From positions 3,928,101-3,992,100 of the forward strand of contig NC_092677.1 of the NCBI RefSeq assembly GCF_964355755.1: DNA of 64,000 nt, written 5' to 3'. A program made the translations under genes and the position numbers. Within the stretch, counting starts at the first letter, position 1. Each line of letters starts with the position of its first letter. This DNA comes from Antedon mediterranea. Its lineage: Eukaryota; Animalia; Echinodermata. The notes beneath the pieces were generated by a model. The model was not told the DNA's origin and did not search any database. It saw only the letters and a program-made list of their open reading frames with translations. Below, piece after piece: positions 27,821 through 38,900 of this stretch.

Positions 27821-27892
27821 GCCCCAGTGGTCTAACGGTTAGGACATCTGCATATCAAGCAGGCGGTCCGAGTTCGAGTCTCGGTTGGGGCG
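27821..27892 (+). tRNA. tRNA-like cloverleaf with anticodon ATC (Asp-type); probably repeat-derived
   Basis: Acceptor GCCCCAG/TTGGGGC, D stem GTCT/GGAC, anticodon stem TCTGC/GCAGG with loop ATATCAA, T stem CCGAG/CTCGG with loop TTCGAGT. Confidence 0.6.
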
Positions 27893-29031
27893 ACTTTAAC
27901 TCATTCTCACAGATTTCCTCATCTTTATCGTTTCAAATTAATTAATTAAATTTCAGTATATTACCGGGCGGTTTAGAATTAATGTTCTATGCTACATAGT
28001 CACGTGGTTAGAACAATAGTTTCATATATCTACTATGTAGATTGGATGAAGGAAAAGCAAATTCATGAATACATTACAAATAAATGTATGAATTGTGAAT
28101 TACAAAAATATTAAATGTTGTTATCTTGTCAGAATGAGTTGTAAATATGAACGAGTTTTGTAAACATAAATTATATATCATTGATCATTACTTATATTAA
28201 CAGGATAAAATAATAATAGTGTAATAATAATGAACAATAGTTACAGAAAAATATTTATTTATTTATTTATTTATTGCTATTAAAACTTGTTTCAGTAAGT
28301 GTGTTTGTATTTATTTTACTTTGTTATTGATCATCATTGGTCTGGCTACCAATACATTGGAAGCACGCAAGCCTCGCTACCACGTCAAGGTTGATGATCA
28401 TAGCGAGGGTAGGTTGCACGTTTGTATGTGCCCCTTTGACCAAAGAAAACATATTATAGAAGAAAATTGCATAACATTATGAAACAGAATCATATGAGTT
28501 GTAAATATGAAAAAGTTTTTTAAACATAAAAATACAATAAAAATAAACACTAGTTACAATCTAATTCACGTACTTTTACCTTACCGGACCTTTAGTCGCG
28601 TTATTCTTTTATACAATCTGCTTTTTAATTAATTTTTTAATCCTTGTAGCGATCAAAGCAGGGCGCATGACACATCATTGCATGTTTACACTGGACACAC
28701 TGTATTTGATCTGTTGTTACCTGCCATTAGACCCCTTGAGCCTTTGACGTACTTATGCTCAGATATTCGTCTTCCGTTGATTCAATGAAAGATGGTGACG
28801 CTTTAATTAGCCGCTGTGGTGAATCTATGTTCTTCTTTCTGGTCCGACAAATGCAATTGGTATTTCTTCGTCGATGAGTTTCAGACAAAGCCGACAATCT
28901 CCTCTTGACGGAAGCACCTGTAAAAAATCAAAGCATTAACGAAACTTACCTCTATAAGGTAAACAAATACCCTTTTCACCATTTAATGCTTCTGTGTATG
29001 TTGAGATTACCGGTCATAGGTAGGCCTACAG

Positions 29032-30504
29032 TTAAAGAGTGACGTTGTATGAATCAACATATAATTGTCCAGGTACTTCATTGTTGCTCTGATGAATCCT
29101 TTCCGGGAAATGTTCCATGTCACAAAGCAAATTGAATATATTTGGATCGATATCATCTTTTAGATGGTTGACTGCTTCAATGTCATAATGTGTGTCCGTG
29201 AATTCAGATACGTATATAACGTCCATAATGCCTTCGGAACGCATTACCGCTTCATCTTCGTAATTATCTACCAGAGCAGCATTGAGGGTCACATCGGATA
29301 CAATATCCCAGTATTTCCGTGCAAGGTGGTTTTTGATTGGTGCGTATGGTGTACGAGTGTATTTTAATTCAGCGTCATAAGTTTTCTTGTCTACATCCAG
29401 GACAGGCTCAAAGTGTGCACATAAGTTTGATAGGTAGATGTTTCTTTCAGATACTAAATCACCAAACTGATTACTTATTGGTGCATATTTCAACCATTCA
29501 TAATGTGGAAGCCCTTTCCTTCTTCCATATTTACTGTAAACATAAACATTCGTATTTGACATGGTCGCAAATGCCATGATTTCGATGTCCGAACCCCATG
29601 TCCCATATTCCCCCATTCTCGTGTCTTCCACGTATCGTTCAAATGATCTGGATTCAATTTTTTCAAATAGGTTTTTGTTCATGGACATATAGTTTAGTAT
29701 GTAATCCCGTACAACTACATGGTAGTTCTGGACACCAAAGAGAATATAACTCAAAGCCCTAAAAAGACAGTTGCCGTCCCCTCTCATATTAACAACTTTA
29801 GTAGGCCTGGCTGCCTTGTCCATTTCACATTTTAAGTGAGTTTTGTGAAAATTTTTGACATTGATACCAAATGGTGCTGCCTTTTCAAGCTGCCAATTGG
29901 CATCGACAGGAAAGAATAACTTTCTTGAAGTTTTCGTGTTGAGGTATACCACATCACTATCAGATACAGGCCTACTGTTGTCATGGTCATCATCCGGTGC
30001 GACATTATCATTGTCTAATGTAGGTATGTTATCGTGATTATCCAGTGTGATATCATCGTTCTTGGATGTAGGTATGTTAATGTGATCATCCGGTGTGATA
30101 TCATAATTCTTGGATGTAGGTCTGTTATCGTTATCATCAACATTCTTGGATGTAGGTATGTTAATAATGTGATCATCCGGTGTGATATCACCATTCTTGG
30201 ATGTAGGTATGTTATCATGGTGCGTTACTTCAGGTGGGATGTCTGGCGTTCGCTTTCGTTTCTTTGGAGGGAGATGCTTATCATTGGTATTACATTTCTG
30301 TTTAGTGCTTGATGATGGACAGTTCAAAGAGGTTGTTTTATCGGACTTGTAATGTCTGATCTTGTTTCCGTTAACAATAGCCCTTCTTCCTTTTAGTCGA
30401 TATGTATTGTGAGTGAGGACTTTTTCTATAATATATGGACCAGTCCATCGAGCATTAAGTTTGCCTCCCTTTCTTGACAAATTTCTGGAATTCTGCAAGA
30501 GCAC
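29032..30504 (-). CDS. C-terminal part of the transposase: GPY/F motif, repetitive linker, OTU-like protease, acidic tail
   Basis: 490-codon ORF with KLNARWTGPYII, PTSKN-D repeats, MRGDGNCLFRALS, WGSDIEI and HFEPV. Confidence 0.85.
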   Translation of the reverse strand: MLLQNSRNLSRKGGKLNARWTGPYIIEKVLTHNTYRLKGRRAIVNGNKIRHYKSDKTTSLNCPSSSTKQKCNTNDKHLPPKKRKRTPDIPPEVTHHDNIPTSKNGDITPDDHIINIPTSKNVDDNDNRPTSKNYDITPDDHINIPTSKNDDITLDNHDNIPTLDNDNVAPDDDHDNSRPVSDSDVVYLNTKTSRKLFFPVDANWQLEKAAPFGINVKNFHKTHLKCEMDKAARPTKVVNMRGDGNCLFRALSYILFGVQNYHVVVRDYILNYMSMNKNLFEKIESRSFERYVEDTRMGEYGTWGSDIEIMAFATMSNTNVYVYSKYGRRKGLPHYEWLKYAPISNQFGDLVSERNIYLSNLCAHFEPVLDVDKKTYDAELKYTRTPYAPIKNHLARKYWDIVSDVTLNAALVDNYEDEAVMRSEGIMDVIYVSEFTDTHYDIEAVNHLKDDIDPNIFNLLCDMEHFPERIHQSNNEVPGQLYVDSYNVTL

Positions 30505-30509
30505 TTGAT

Positions 30510-31129
30510 CTCTCCTGCATAGTACGTGTTGCTTTTAACACCAGCATCATGATAATGTTTTTGCTTTTTCTGTGCTTTTTTGATATTTTCTGATGCCTTT
30601 CTCCTTGAATCTTTGAGTTTCAAAAAAGCGTCCACTCTTATTTTTAAAGGAACAGTTCCGGATATGTCATCTTTATTAGACGAAACGATGGAAATACGTA
30701 ATTCTACAGGCAACACAGCCTTTCTACCGTAAACTAATGAGAATGGGTCACATTTCGTAGACTTGTGCTCGGATGTTCTGTAGGCAAACAACACGTATGG
30801 GAGTTGTATATCCCAGTCATTTTGGTCTGCGTTGGTCAACGTCATAAGCATTGTGCAAAGTGTTCTGTTAAAGCGCTCCGTTTGCCCGCCTGTTTGAGGA
30901 TGGTATGGTGAGGCAACTCTGTGGTCTACCCCAATCAGCTTACAGAAGCTGTCATTCAGCTCATTACAAAACTCTCTACCCTGGTCTGTAATCAATATAG
31001 AAGGTGTTCCATGTCTGCAGACAAAATCAATAAAAGATCTCAGCACTGTTTTAGCAGATTTATCTGGAATTGCATCAGCTTCCACCCATTTGGTAAGGTA
31101 CTCCGTAAATACAAGTAAGTACCGATTAC
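30510..31129 (-). CDS. Integrase catalytic core (rve), 5' part of exon 3
   Basis: GNRYLLVFTEYLTKWVEA...LITDQGREF...SPYHPQTGGQTERFNRTL...WD..LP..LFAYRT; acceptor tttcag before 31129. Confidence 0.9.
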
Positions 31130-31762
31130 CTGAAACACAGCAAATAATAATATAATAAGCCGTAATAATAGTAGTGTCAAAATGTCATGATGAGATGTAC
31201 AACACCCGAACTGTACGAATGAAATAACAATAATAATAACAATATTAATATCAATAAATATAATAAGAACAAGAACAATAATAATATCGTGGATTTACAT
31301 AGCGCCTAATGTTGTAAAACCTCTATGCGCTGAACAGTATTACCCCAGTCATGGTTTGGATCAAATTAAAACAGGCAGAAATAAAGATTATTACAGTATA
31401 GCCATAATCGATGTAAATCCGGTGACAATAATAAGAGCATCTGATTCTTGGTAAATCTAGTTTTTGTTGACAGTGTAAAAAAGAGAACTGTCATAATTTT
31501 AGTTTAGTTAACAATTTCAAGAAACCTCACAGAAATTGCGCTTGTGCCTTTACAATAATAAATTTAAGTTCAGCCCTATTACAATAAAGGCCGAACAGAA
31601 CTAATTATTAACTGTAATTTTAGGCCCTGAAGAATGAATTACAAAGTTTTCTGAACGTATTTCATTCATGTCTTCTTGCTTTTTACTTTTACGTTTTGAT
31701 TTAGCTTTTTTATCCAGTCACAGCATTTTTGTTTTTCAGTAATTTGTCATGAGATACCTTAC

Positions 31763-31962
31763 CATTTTCTGTCTTTACCAAAGGCCCAACAATATCCATA
31801 CCGATCTGTCTGAAAGCAGTATCTGTTACGGGTATAGGTTGAAGTGGCACTTTTGCTTTTTTTAAAACTTCTTTCCGTTGGCACTGATCACAGGCGGCTA
31901 TAAAATTACGAACACCATCAAATGACCCCTTCCAATAATACCTTTCGCGTATCTTTTTCCAA
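31763..31962 (-). CDS. Transposase exon 2 (CC half of the zinc finger, first catalytic Asp)
   Basis: WKKIRERYYW...CDQCQR...LQPIPV...FRQIGMDIVGPL; polypyrimidine-aacag acceptor and G|gtaag donor. Confidence 0.88.
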
Positions 31963-32344
31963 CTGTTAAAAAAAAAAAAAAATGTGTTTATTGTATTGAT
32001 GATATTCAATCTCTTTGTAGGTTTACTATTGACCTTAAAACTGTATTATGGATTCTTTAAATATTTTAATTTTATTTTGTTTTTTAATATTATTTATTAT
32101 TTATTACCGCAGTTCACATCACCATTCTCATCAATGCATTATAATAACATTACAGTTTGGCGTTCCATATATTTTAACTTTTCGTTTAAGGCAAGCACTG
32201 GGCACAACTGATTAATTCACTTTTAATATTTATCTATGTTTCTAGTTTTTTTATTTGACAATGATAAATGAATATTGAAAAGGGAAAAGATACCTTCTAT
32301 GAAAAATGTCCATCAGTCCGTGATGATTCCGTGTCACATTGTAC

Positions 32345-32366
32345 CAGGGAGATTTACATCTCCCTG
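32345..32366. mobile_element. 22-bp hairpin micro-insertion with a 7-bp direct repeat
   Basis: ATTGTAC-cagggagat-ttac-atctccctg-ATTGTAC. Confidence 0.65.
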
Positions 32367-32689
32367 ATTGTACCGTGTTTACATTCTAAATACCCCCATA
32401 TAAACTTCAAATTGAGTGCAGCCTCCCATACAAAATAACTACGCCCTCAATCTGGTAATAATTCACTCAGGCAATAAAAAACTAACTTGAAAAGTATAAA
32501 TAATTAATTGTCCTACTAGAATTATTGTGTACGCTTGGTGAATGTGCGACAGAGTAGATATAAAAATCGCCACTTTTTTTTAAAAAATAAACAAGGGGAA
32601 ATATATACGTTTTAACACTACATACTGGTTAAATTTATTTATTTTTAAAATGTAGAGGACACCCTATTAAGGAAACCGGGTACTTTTTA

Positions 32690-33470
32690 GTGAGCCACAA
32701 TGGTAGATTGCGAGAGGTAGTGGTCCTTTAAAATAGGTGGTCACTTACGAAAGATGTGGTCGATAAGGGAGGTGGTCGCTTACGATATGTGATCGATTAT
32801 GAGAAGCGGTCTCCTAACAGAGAGGTCGTTTATTAGAAGTGGTCACTTAAGAGAGGTGATTTATACAAGAGTTGGTATATTATGAGAAGCGGTCCATTTA
32901 GAGATATGGTGGTCTTCTAAAAGAGATCATCACTTACGAGAGGCGGTCGAAAATAAAAAGCGGTCGCTTACGAGAGTTGTGGTTGTTAAGAGAGGTGGTC
33001 GCTTACTACGAGAGGTGGTCGATTATGAGAAGCGGTCCATAATGAGAGGATGTGATCACTTACAATAGTTGGTCGATTATGGGAAGCGATCCCTTAACAG
33101 AGACGATGGCCGTTTAATAGAGGTGGTCACCCAAAAAAGTTGTCGTTACGAGAGAGGAAGTCGATTATGAGAAACGGTCCCTTAAAAGAGTTGGTTGCTT
33201 ACGATGTGTGGTCGTTTTAGAAAGTTGGTCGGTTACGAGACGTGGATAGATGGATAGCTAAGTAAACAGATGCATTTGCACATGATTTAGACATTTAGGT
33301 TTGTAAAATATATATTTTCTACATTAGCTGGCGATAGTCCTACATTAGCTGGGATGCAATTTTCGTTCCTACATTCGTTGTTGATCGTTCTACATGGTGT
33401 TAATTTTTTTCATTACATAAGCTGCAGGTGGTTTTACTCCATTACCGGGGGATTGGAAACTAGTTTTGTT
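32690..33470. repeat. Half copy of the foldback element at 36400-37380, in transposase intron 1
   Basis: gagaggtggtc arrays followed by ttacgagacgtggatagatggatagcta..., matching 37163-37380. Confidence 0.75.
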
Positions 33471-34610
33471 ATTGAAAATGCGTTTTTTTTAAAGAAGTAT
33501 TCCCTAAAAAAAAATGTAATAATCCACTTTAAAGTTACATAATAAAAGTCTTCTTCCTTACCTTTTTTTTTGTCAAATTGTGTTTTCTTTCATAAGTATA
33601 CATTTTAAACGAACGAAAGTTAATACTGATATGGCTTTTTGCATTATGAATGAGCAACTAATATTGAACATATTTATTATACCAAGACCTGAATAAGTTT
33701 TCATTCGGGAAGTATTTGTATCACTATTTAAAACTAAGATATCTCTCATGAGGGATATCTCTATATTACTTACTTACCAAGATATTTAGAATGGAAGATT
33801 CTTGTCCCATTCGGAATATCACAAGTGGATTTTTTTCTGTGTTAGTTATGCAGTGGGCACGTGTAGAGTACCGTATATGAACTGTTATAAAACTAAAACA
33901 TTACTATTATAGATAGAGCTAGTTGTACTGTATTCTTCTTGGTTTTTCGAGGTGTAATAAGCCTACAAAAAAATATCTATTAACATAGATATTTCTTTTA
34001 AAAAGTAAGACATCTTAGTTTTCAATTGAAATAATCTATCTTTATTAAAAGAGATATCTTAATTTTGAACTAAAGATATATGCGTTGTGTAGCACTGTGT
34101 AAATTATATAATAATAATCTGTCAAATTATTGAAACAGTGCTCATATTCGGAACATTTTTGATTAATTATTGAATGCCAATATATGTTTTGTATTTTTTA
34201 CATGTGATATTTTATGTTCAACTTCAATATATTTATACAATTAATTGCGATAATATATTGAGTAGAAATTATTATCGACTTAACATATTTTTCATTCATG
34301 GAGGTATAAAAATATGTTTGAATCTATATATAAAATACTAACTTCATAATGTACACGGTCATTATACATTTTTCAATTGATAAGTATTAGTTATTATTCA
34401 TTTAATTCATTCATTTAATCATTTGTTTCGAATTCTGTGGTCCACAGAAAGTAAAATTACGTATAAAATCATTTAAAAACAATGCTGTACTAATTACTAA
34501 TACTCATCTCAGGATGGCATTCCACCTGGCCAAACATATAAACAGTTTTAAAGTCACCCAGAAACTTATCGAAGCTTAAATATTATTTAATTGACAAACT
34601 TTAAACTTAC

Positions 34611-34858
34611 GTTTTGTTGACACCCAAGTGACCACCATGTGCCTGCTTATGGATACTGTTTAACACTTCGTTTTTTTCTTTCGGTAACAATACACGCAAC
34701 AATCTACCAGAATGTTGTTTGTAATACAAGATATCACGAAGAATTGTAAAGTTCTTGGCTTTCCGTCGCAAACTTCGTTTTAATATTTCAGAATAATTTA
34801 CAGGATAAACGTTGTTTTGTAGATAGTTTCTCAAGGCATCAAACTCATGATCGGCCAT
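34611..34858 (-). CDS. Transposase exon 1 (YPYY motif, HH half of the zinc finger)
   Basis: MADHEFDALRNYLQNNVYP...LRRKAKNF...LYY...IHKQAHGGHLGVNKT; donor AC|gtaagt. Confidence 0.88.
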
Positions 34859-35083
34859 AATGATAATAAGTAAAAATAGAAAGAAGGCAGATTGTAACGA
34901 ACAACACCGTGATTGGAACTTTGCAAGCAAAGTGAATGATTTTTTAAATGTAGGAGGTTTTGAACAAACATTGAGCCAATCAGCTTCTTGCTACATTTGT
35001 TTTAACCAATTGCCGATTAGAAGAAAGAGCAAACAGTTTTGTCAGGTGTAGGCCTATAATTTAAACTTTGTGCCTTAAGTGGA

Positions 35084-35513
35084 TGTCACGAACTCCTTTT
35101 ACGTATGTTTCCGAGCGGTTGAAAATACTTTAGAAACTCCCTTGTGACATAAAAGTATACACACCAAATTCACAAAGTTGTAAAATAACTCAAAAACAAA
35201 TCTTTAATTTCAATCAACTTCAACTTTCAACAACCCAGTAAGCATTTTAAACAACAGCTTCACAATAACTTTTACAATCTAATATCCAACCTCTAATATC
35301 CAACAACATGACAATAGTTTTACATCCCTTTATATACAAGATGTTCCTATCCTTCTATATCATTCTTTATACTTCTTATTCTATTTGATTACAGTTTCTA
35401 TTAATAGCATACTGGAATGTTCCTGATTGTTATTATATTAATTATACATGATGTCTTAAATGTAAACATCTTATTCTAGAATGTTCATGGTTAGGGAATG
35501 GTAATTTATTACA
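35084..35513 (-). mobile_element. Probable solo LTR, 430 bp
   Basis: TG...CA termini; flanks gtgga/gtggc (4 of 5 match); on the minus strand an HSE-like motif, then TATATAAAG (about 35328-35336), then ATTAAA (about 35203-35208). Confidence 0.45.
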
Positions 35514-36399
35514 GTGGCAAGTACACAAAAAATGAGAGAAAAAAACTATTGGAGGGAAATGCCATTTATTAAATTAAATTTCGAAGATACTCTTATTGGT
35601 AAACGCTTCAGTCGTTCTATTACACAATAAATAGCACATTCAGATAGGAGTATAAAATATAATCATATAGTTATTCTTTATTACATATTATACGTTCATC
35701 TCAAATTATATTATAATATTAATTGAAATTGTATTTAAATTTGTATCCGTTTTTGTCGACAGGACCACAATGCAAAACAAGTATATTTCTACTTGATTGT
35801 GTATAATCCTGTATAAATATGTTGTTAAATAAATAAAATAATATTAAATAGTAATCTACGTAAAATAATATTATAGTACATAAGTTCGTATTAAAACCGT
35901 TCAGGCTATGAGGCAACCCCCGCTCCCTGTATATTAAATAGAAACATTTTTTATAATACTTATACTAGAATCATATACTAATTTATTTAGTTATTTTTTA
36001 AAATAAGAGAATTAAATTACGTAACATACTGTGGTATATAATTCTTGTAATGAAATCATATTCATGGTAAGCGTAATCTTAATTTGAGATATGGCAAGTT
36101 CGCACCCCTTCTCCTGACAAATAACAGATGACAGTTAACACGACTACCGGTAATTAATATCTCCCGAGAGCCGCTGTTTTGAGGTTGACCTGACAATTGT
36201 GGCCTGAGTTATGGGACATTACCCTTGCTGGACATCTGGTAAAAATAAATACTGATTATGCTGCCACTTTAGTACACAAAACAATAAATAAAAAAAAATA
36301 AAAAAACACAACTTGTGGCATTTCCTTTACACTAGTCCCTGTTCAAAACCGCTAGTGTAGAAAACGGCAGCAAATGTCGTCGAAACTGTCAAATCCACC

Positions 36400-37380
36400 C
36401 ATGTAGTAAAACCTAGAACTAGCTAATGTAGAAACACCAACAGTTATTTATTAAATAAAAATCAACATTAGCTAATATACAACTTAACAGGTAATGAAGT
36501 AACGAAAATTGCCTCACAGCTGATGTAGTTAATATCGCCAGCTAATAAAATAATAATTATATATTTTACAAACCTAAATGTCTAAATCATGTGCAAATGT
36601 ATTTCTCTACTTAGTTTAGCTGTCAGTCTATCCACCTCTCGTAAGTGATCGGCTTTCAAAACGTAGCACTCTGATCGTAAGCAACTACCCTTGTTAGCGA
36701 CCACCTTTAATATTTAAAAGGGACTACCTCTGTTAAAGGACCGCTTCTCACAATGGACAACTTCCTGAAGGGGTAACCTCCTCTCATAAGGGACTGCTTT
36801 TCATAAACTACCACCGCTCGTAGACGACCACTTCTTTTACCGACTACACCTCCCGTAAGTGACCACCTCAATAGAGGTGGTAATTTGCGAAAGGTGGTCG
36901 TTACGGATGGTAGTCGATTATGAGAAGTGGTCCCAGTGGAGAGGTGGACGTTTTTTTTTATAGAGAGGTCGACACTTTAGGCGTGGTCGTTAAGAGAGGT
37001 AGTCCGTCATGAGGTTGATTATGAGAAGCCGAGGTGGTGGTCCTTTAAAATAGCTCGTCCTTGACGAGTGGTGTGGTCGTTAAGAGATGGTGGGCGATTA
37101 TCAGAGACGGTGGTCGTTCAATAGAGGTGGTTACTTACTAGAAGTGGTTGTTGGTTGGTCACTTACGAGACGTGGATAGATGGATAGCTACCGGTAAGTA
37201 AAGAAATGCATTTTCACATGATGTAGACAGGTTTTTAAATTATACAATATTTTCAACATTAGCTGTGAGGCAATTTTCGTTACTACATTATCTGCTGACC
37301 GTTCTAAATTAGCTGGTGTTGATTTTAAAAATTGATACATAAGCTGTTGGTATTTCTGGTATTAGCTGGTGGTTTCTATG
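36400..37380. mobile_element. Foldback element with ~250-bp inverted arms and internal gaccacctct arrays
   Basis: 36400-36650 is the reverse complement of about 37160-37380; internal motif orientation flips at about 36871 (ccacctcaatagaggtgg). Confidence 0.75.
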
Positions 37381-38694
37381 TTTATATGTCCATATAAAAC
37401 AAAAATACAACCGCGATTTTTTAAACTCAGCTGCATGTACAGACATTGTGGCAAAGACGTTTTAAACGCTTCATTTCAATATAAGCCATTATTCTATGAA
37501 TTTGATGTATAACGGTATTGGACTGTTTGTATTGGGAACGAAATACCCTAATATTCGAAAAAAACAAAAAACCGAAATACCCTTGAGTGAACGAATAATT
37601 ATGATGCGCAATTAAGGTGTTTATTTTGCCATATAAAATATAAAAAACAAATATTTTTTGGTAATATGCATCAACAATATTTTTCAAATGTATTTTAGAT
37701 AAATAAATAAATAATGTAAAGTCTCTAGAAACAAAGCAAATATTGTGACTAACCAATTCAATGTTTTATTAAATAAAAACAAAAATCAGGCATCTGTGAA
37801 AAAAATATAATGAAAAAGAACTGACTTTAACAATGACGAACTTACTTGTTTAAAGAACTTTTGTTATCAGTTGATATTATTAAATTAGTAGCAGTATTAT
37901 GAATATTACAAAATAATATTTTGAGAACTGAAAAATATTTTGAGGGAACGAATATATTTAGGGAGAACAAAATAAGATTTCAAGAACTGAATAATATAAA
38001 AAACGAATTACTACTTCGAGACAAGGAATGATGATGATGATGATGATGATGATCGAGAGAACGAAATAATTTCGAGGGAAATTATTTCGTTCTCTCGCGA
38101 AGTAGTAATTCGAATTTCGAATGAAATAATATTTCGAGATAACGAAATAGGTAGGCCCTATGCCTATATGATTTAGTGATATTCATTCCCTCGAAATAAT
38201 AATACAGTAGGCTATATATTTTTCAAGTTGTCGATTTACTTCAAATTGACAACAGGTTGTATATACTCAATCAAAAACAAACAATTTAATTTGATTAGAC
38301 TATATGTCTCCAGATATAATAATAGTAATATTTATTTCAATCCACTTGATATTTTGCGATTCAAGTTGGTATTCTAAGGAATTATAATTACCCTAACGGG
38401 AGTTGGTGAACGTCCAGTGCCCTAGTTTTTACGGGGTTAATATGATGTCGATGTCTCGATGGTCCTACTTTTTTATCGATGAAAGCTGCCCGGGTGGTTG
38501 CGGCCATTTTCAACAGCTAGTATTACAATATTCAATGCTGAAAATTGTCCAGTGGACACTTTCAAACACCGGACAGATTTAAATCTTACACCGGCCCATG
38601 ACACGAGATCAAAAACTAACAGAGCGTGACGCGTTTGTTTGGTTTTTCTGCTGCATTGACACACACGTGTATAATAAGCAAGCAACAGATCAAA

Positions 38695-38900
38695 ATATCA
38701 CTGTGGACTGAAGAAATAACTATTTTTGCAATTCAATTGTGGGGAGAAGCAAAAGTTGGGGGGAGACTACATGGCAACAGAAGAGATACCGAGATTTACA
38801 AAAGTATCTCAAACAAAATAAAAGCAGAATTTGTGGTAGACTTAATAACGCCAAAGTTATCGGCAAACGCCGTCGTCTTCTTTGCATAAATGTAGTCAAT
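38695..38900 (+). pseudogene. Myb/SANT-like (trihelix) DNA-binding domain remnant, Harbinger ORF2-like
   Basis: WTEEITIFAIQLWGEAKVGGRLHGNRRDTEIYKSISNKI fits the W(T/S).EET..LI..W....V...L....RN..IY..IS pattern; the frame is lost afterwards. Confidence 0.7.

Larger units (their letters stand above)
27481..27992 (+). repeat. Tandem dimer (about 270-bp unit) of a tRNA-containing, SINE-like repeat
   Basis: Two units: ccgtaccacgccgagaatgttaaag leader, 72-nt tRNA-like core, AT-rich tail; preceded by (TA)n. Confidence 0.85.
29032..34858 (-). pseudogene. Ginger1 transposase (Gypsy-type integrase, GIN1-like) fused to an OTU-like cysteine protease; 3 exons, one frameshift
   Basis: Exons 34858-34611, 31962-31763 and 31129-29032 joined by phase-compatible GT-AG introns. 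Motifs: YL..YP..LYY (YPYY), HHCC zinc finger (HKQAHGGH...CDQC), D-D(35)E (GMDIVGP, TDQGREF, QTERFN), GPY (RWTGPY), OTU (GDGNCLFRA...WG...HF). A 2-bp GA duplication lies near 30510. Confidence 0.88.
24231..38590 (-). mobile_element. Full-length Ginger1-type DNA transposon, 14,360 bp
   Basis: About 60-bp imperfect TIRs TGTAAGATT...CAGCATTG at both ends; CCGG at 24227-24230 and 38591-38594, the known Ginger1 target specificity; internal Gypsy-like integrase plus OTU gene; no RT or gag seen. Confidence 0.9.

Noticed and set aside
27437-27835. 132-aa ORF
   Set aside because: Runs through (TA)n and the tRNA-like repeat; no coding features.
29032-34858. Gypsy LTR retrotransposon pol or a host GIN1 gene
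   Set aside because: No RT, RNase H or gag; has spliceosomal introns and is bounded by TIRs with a CCGG TSD.
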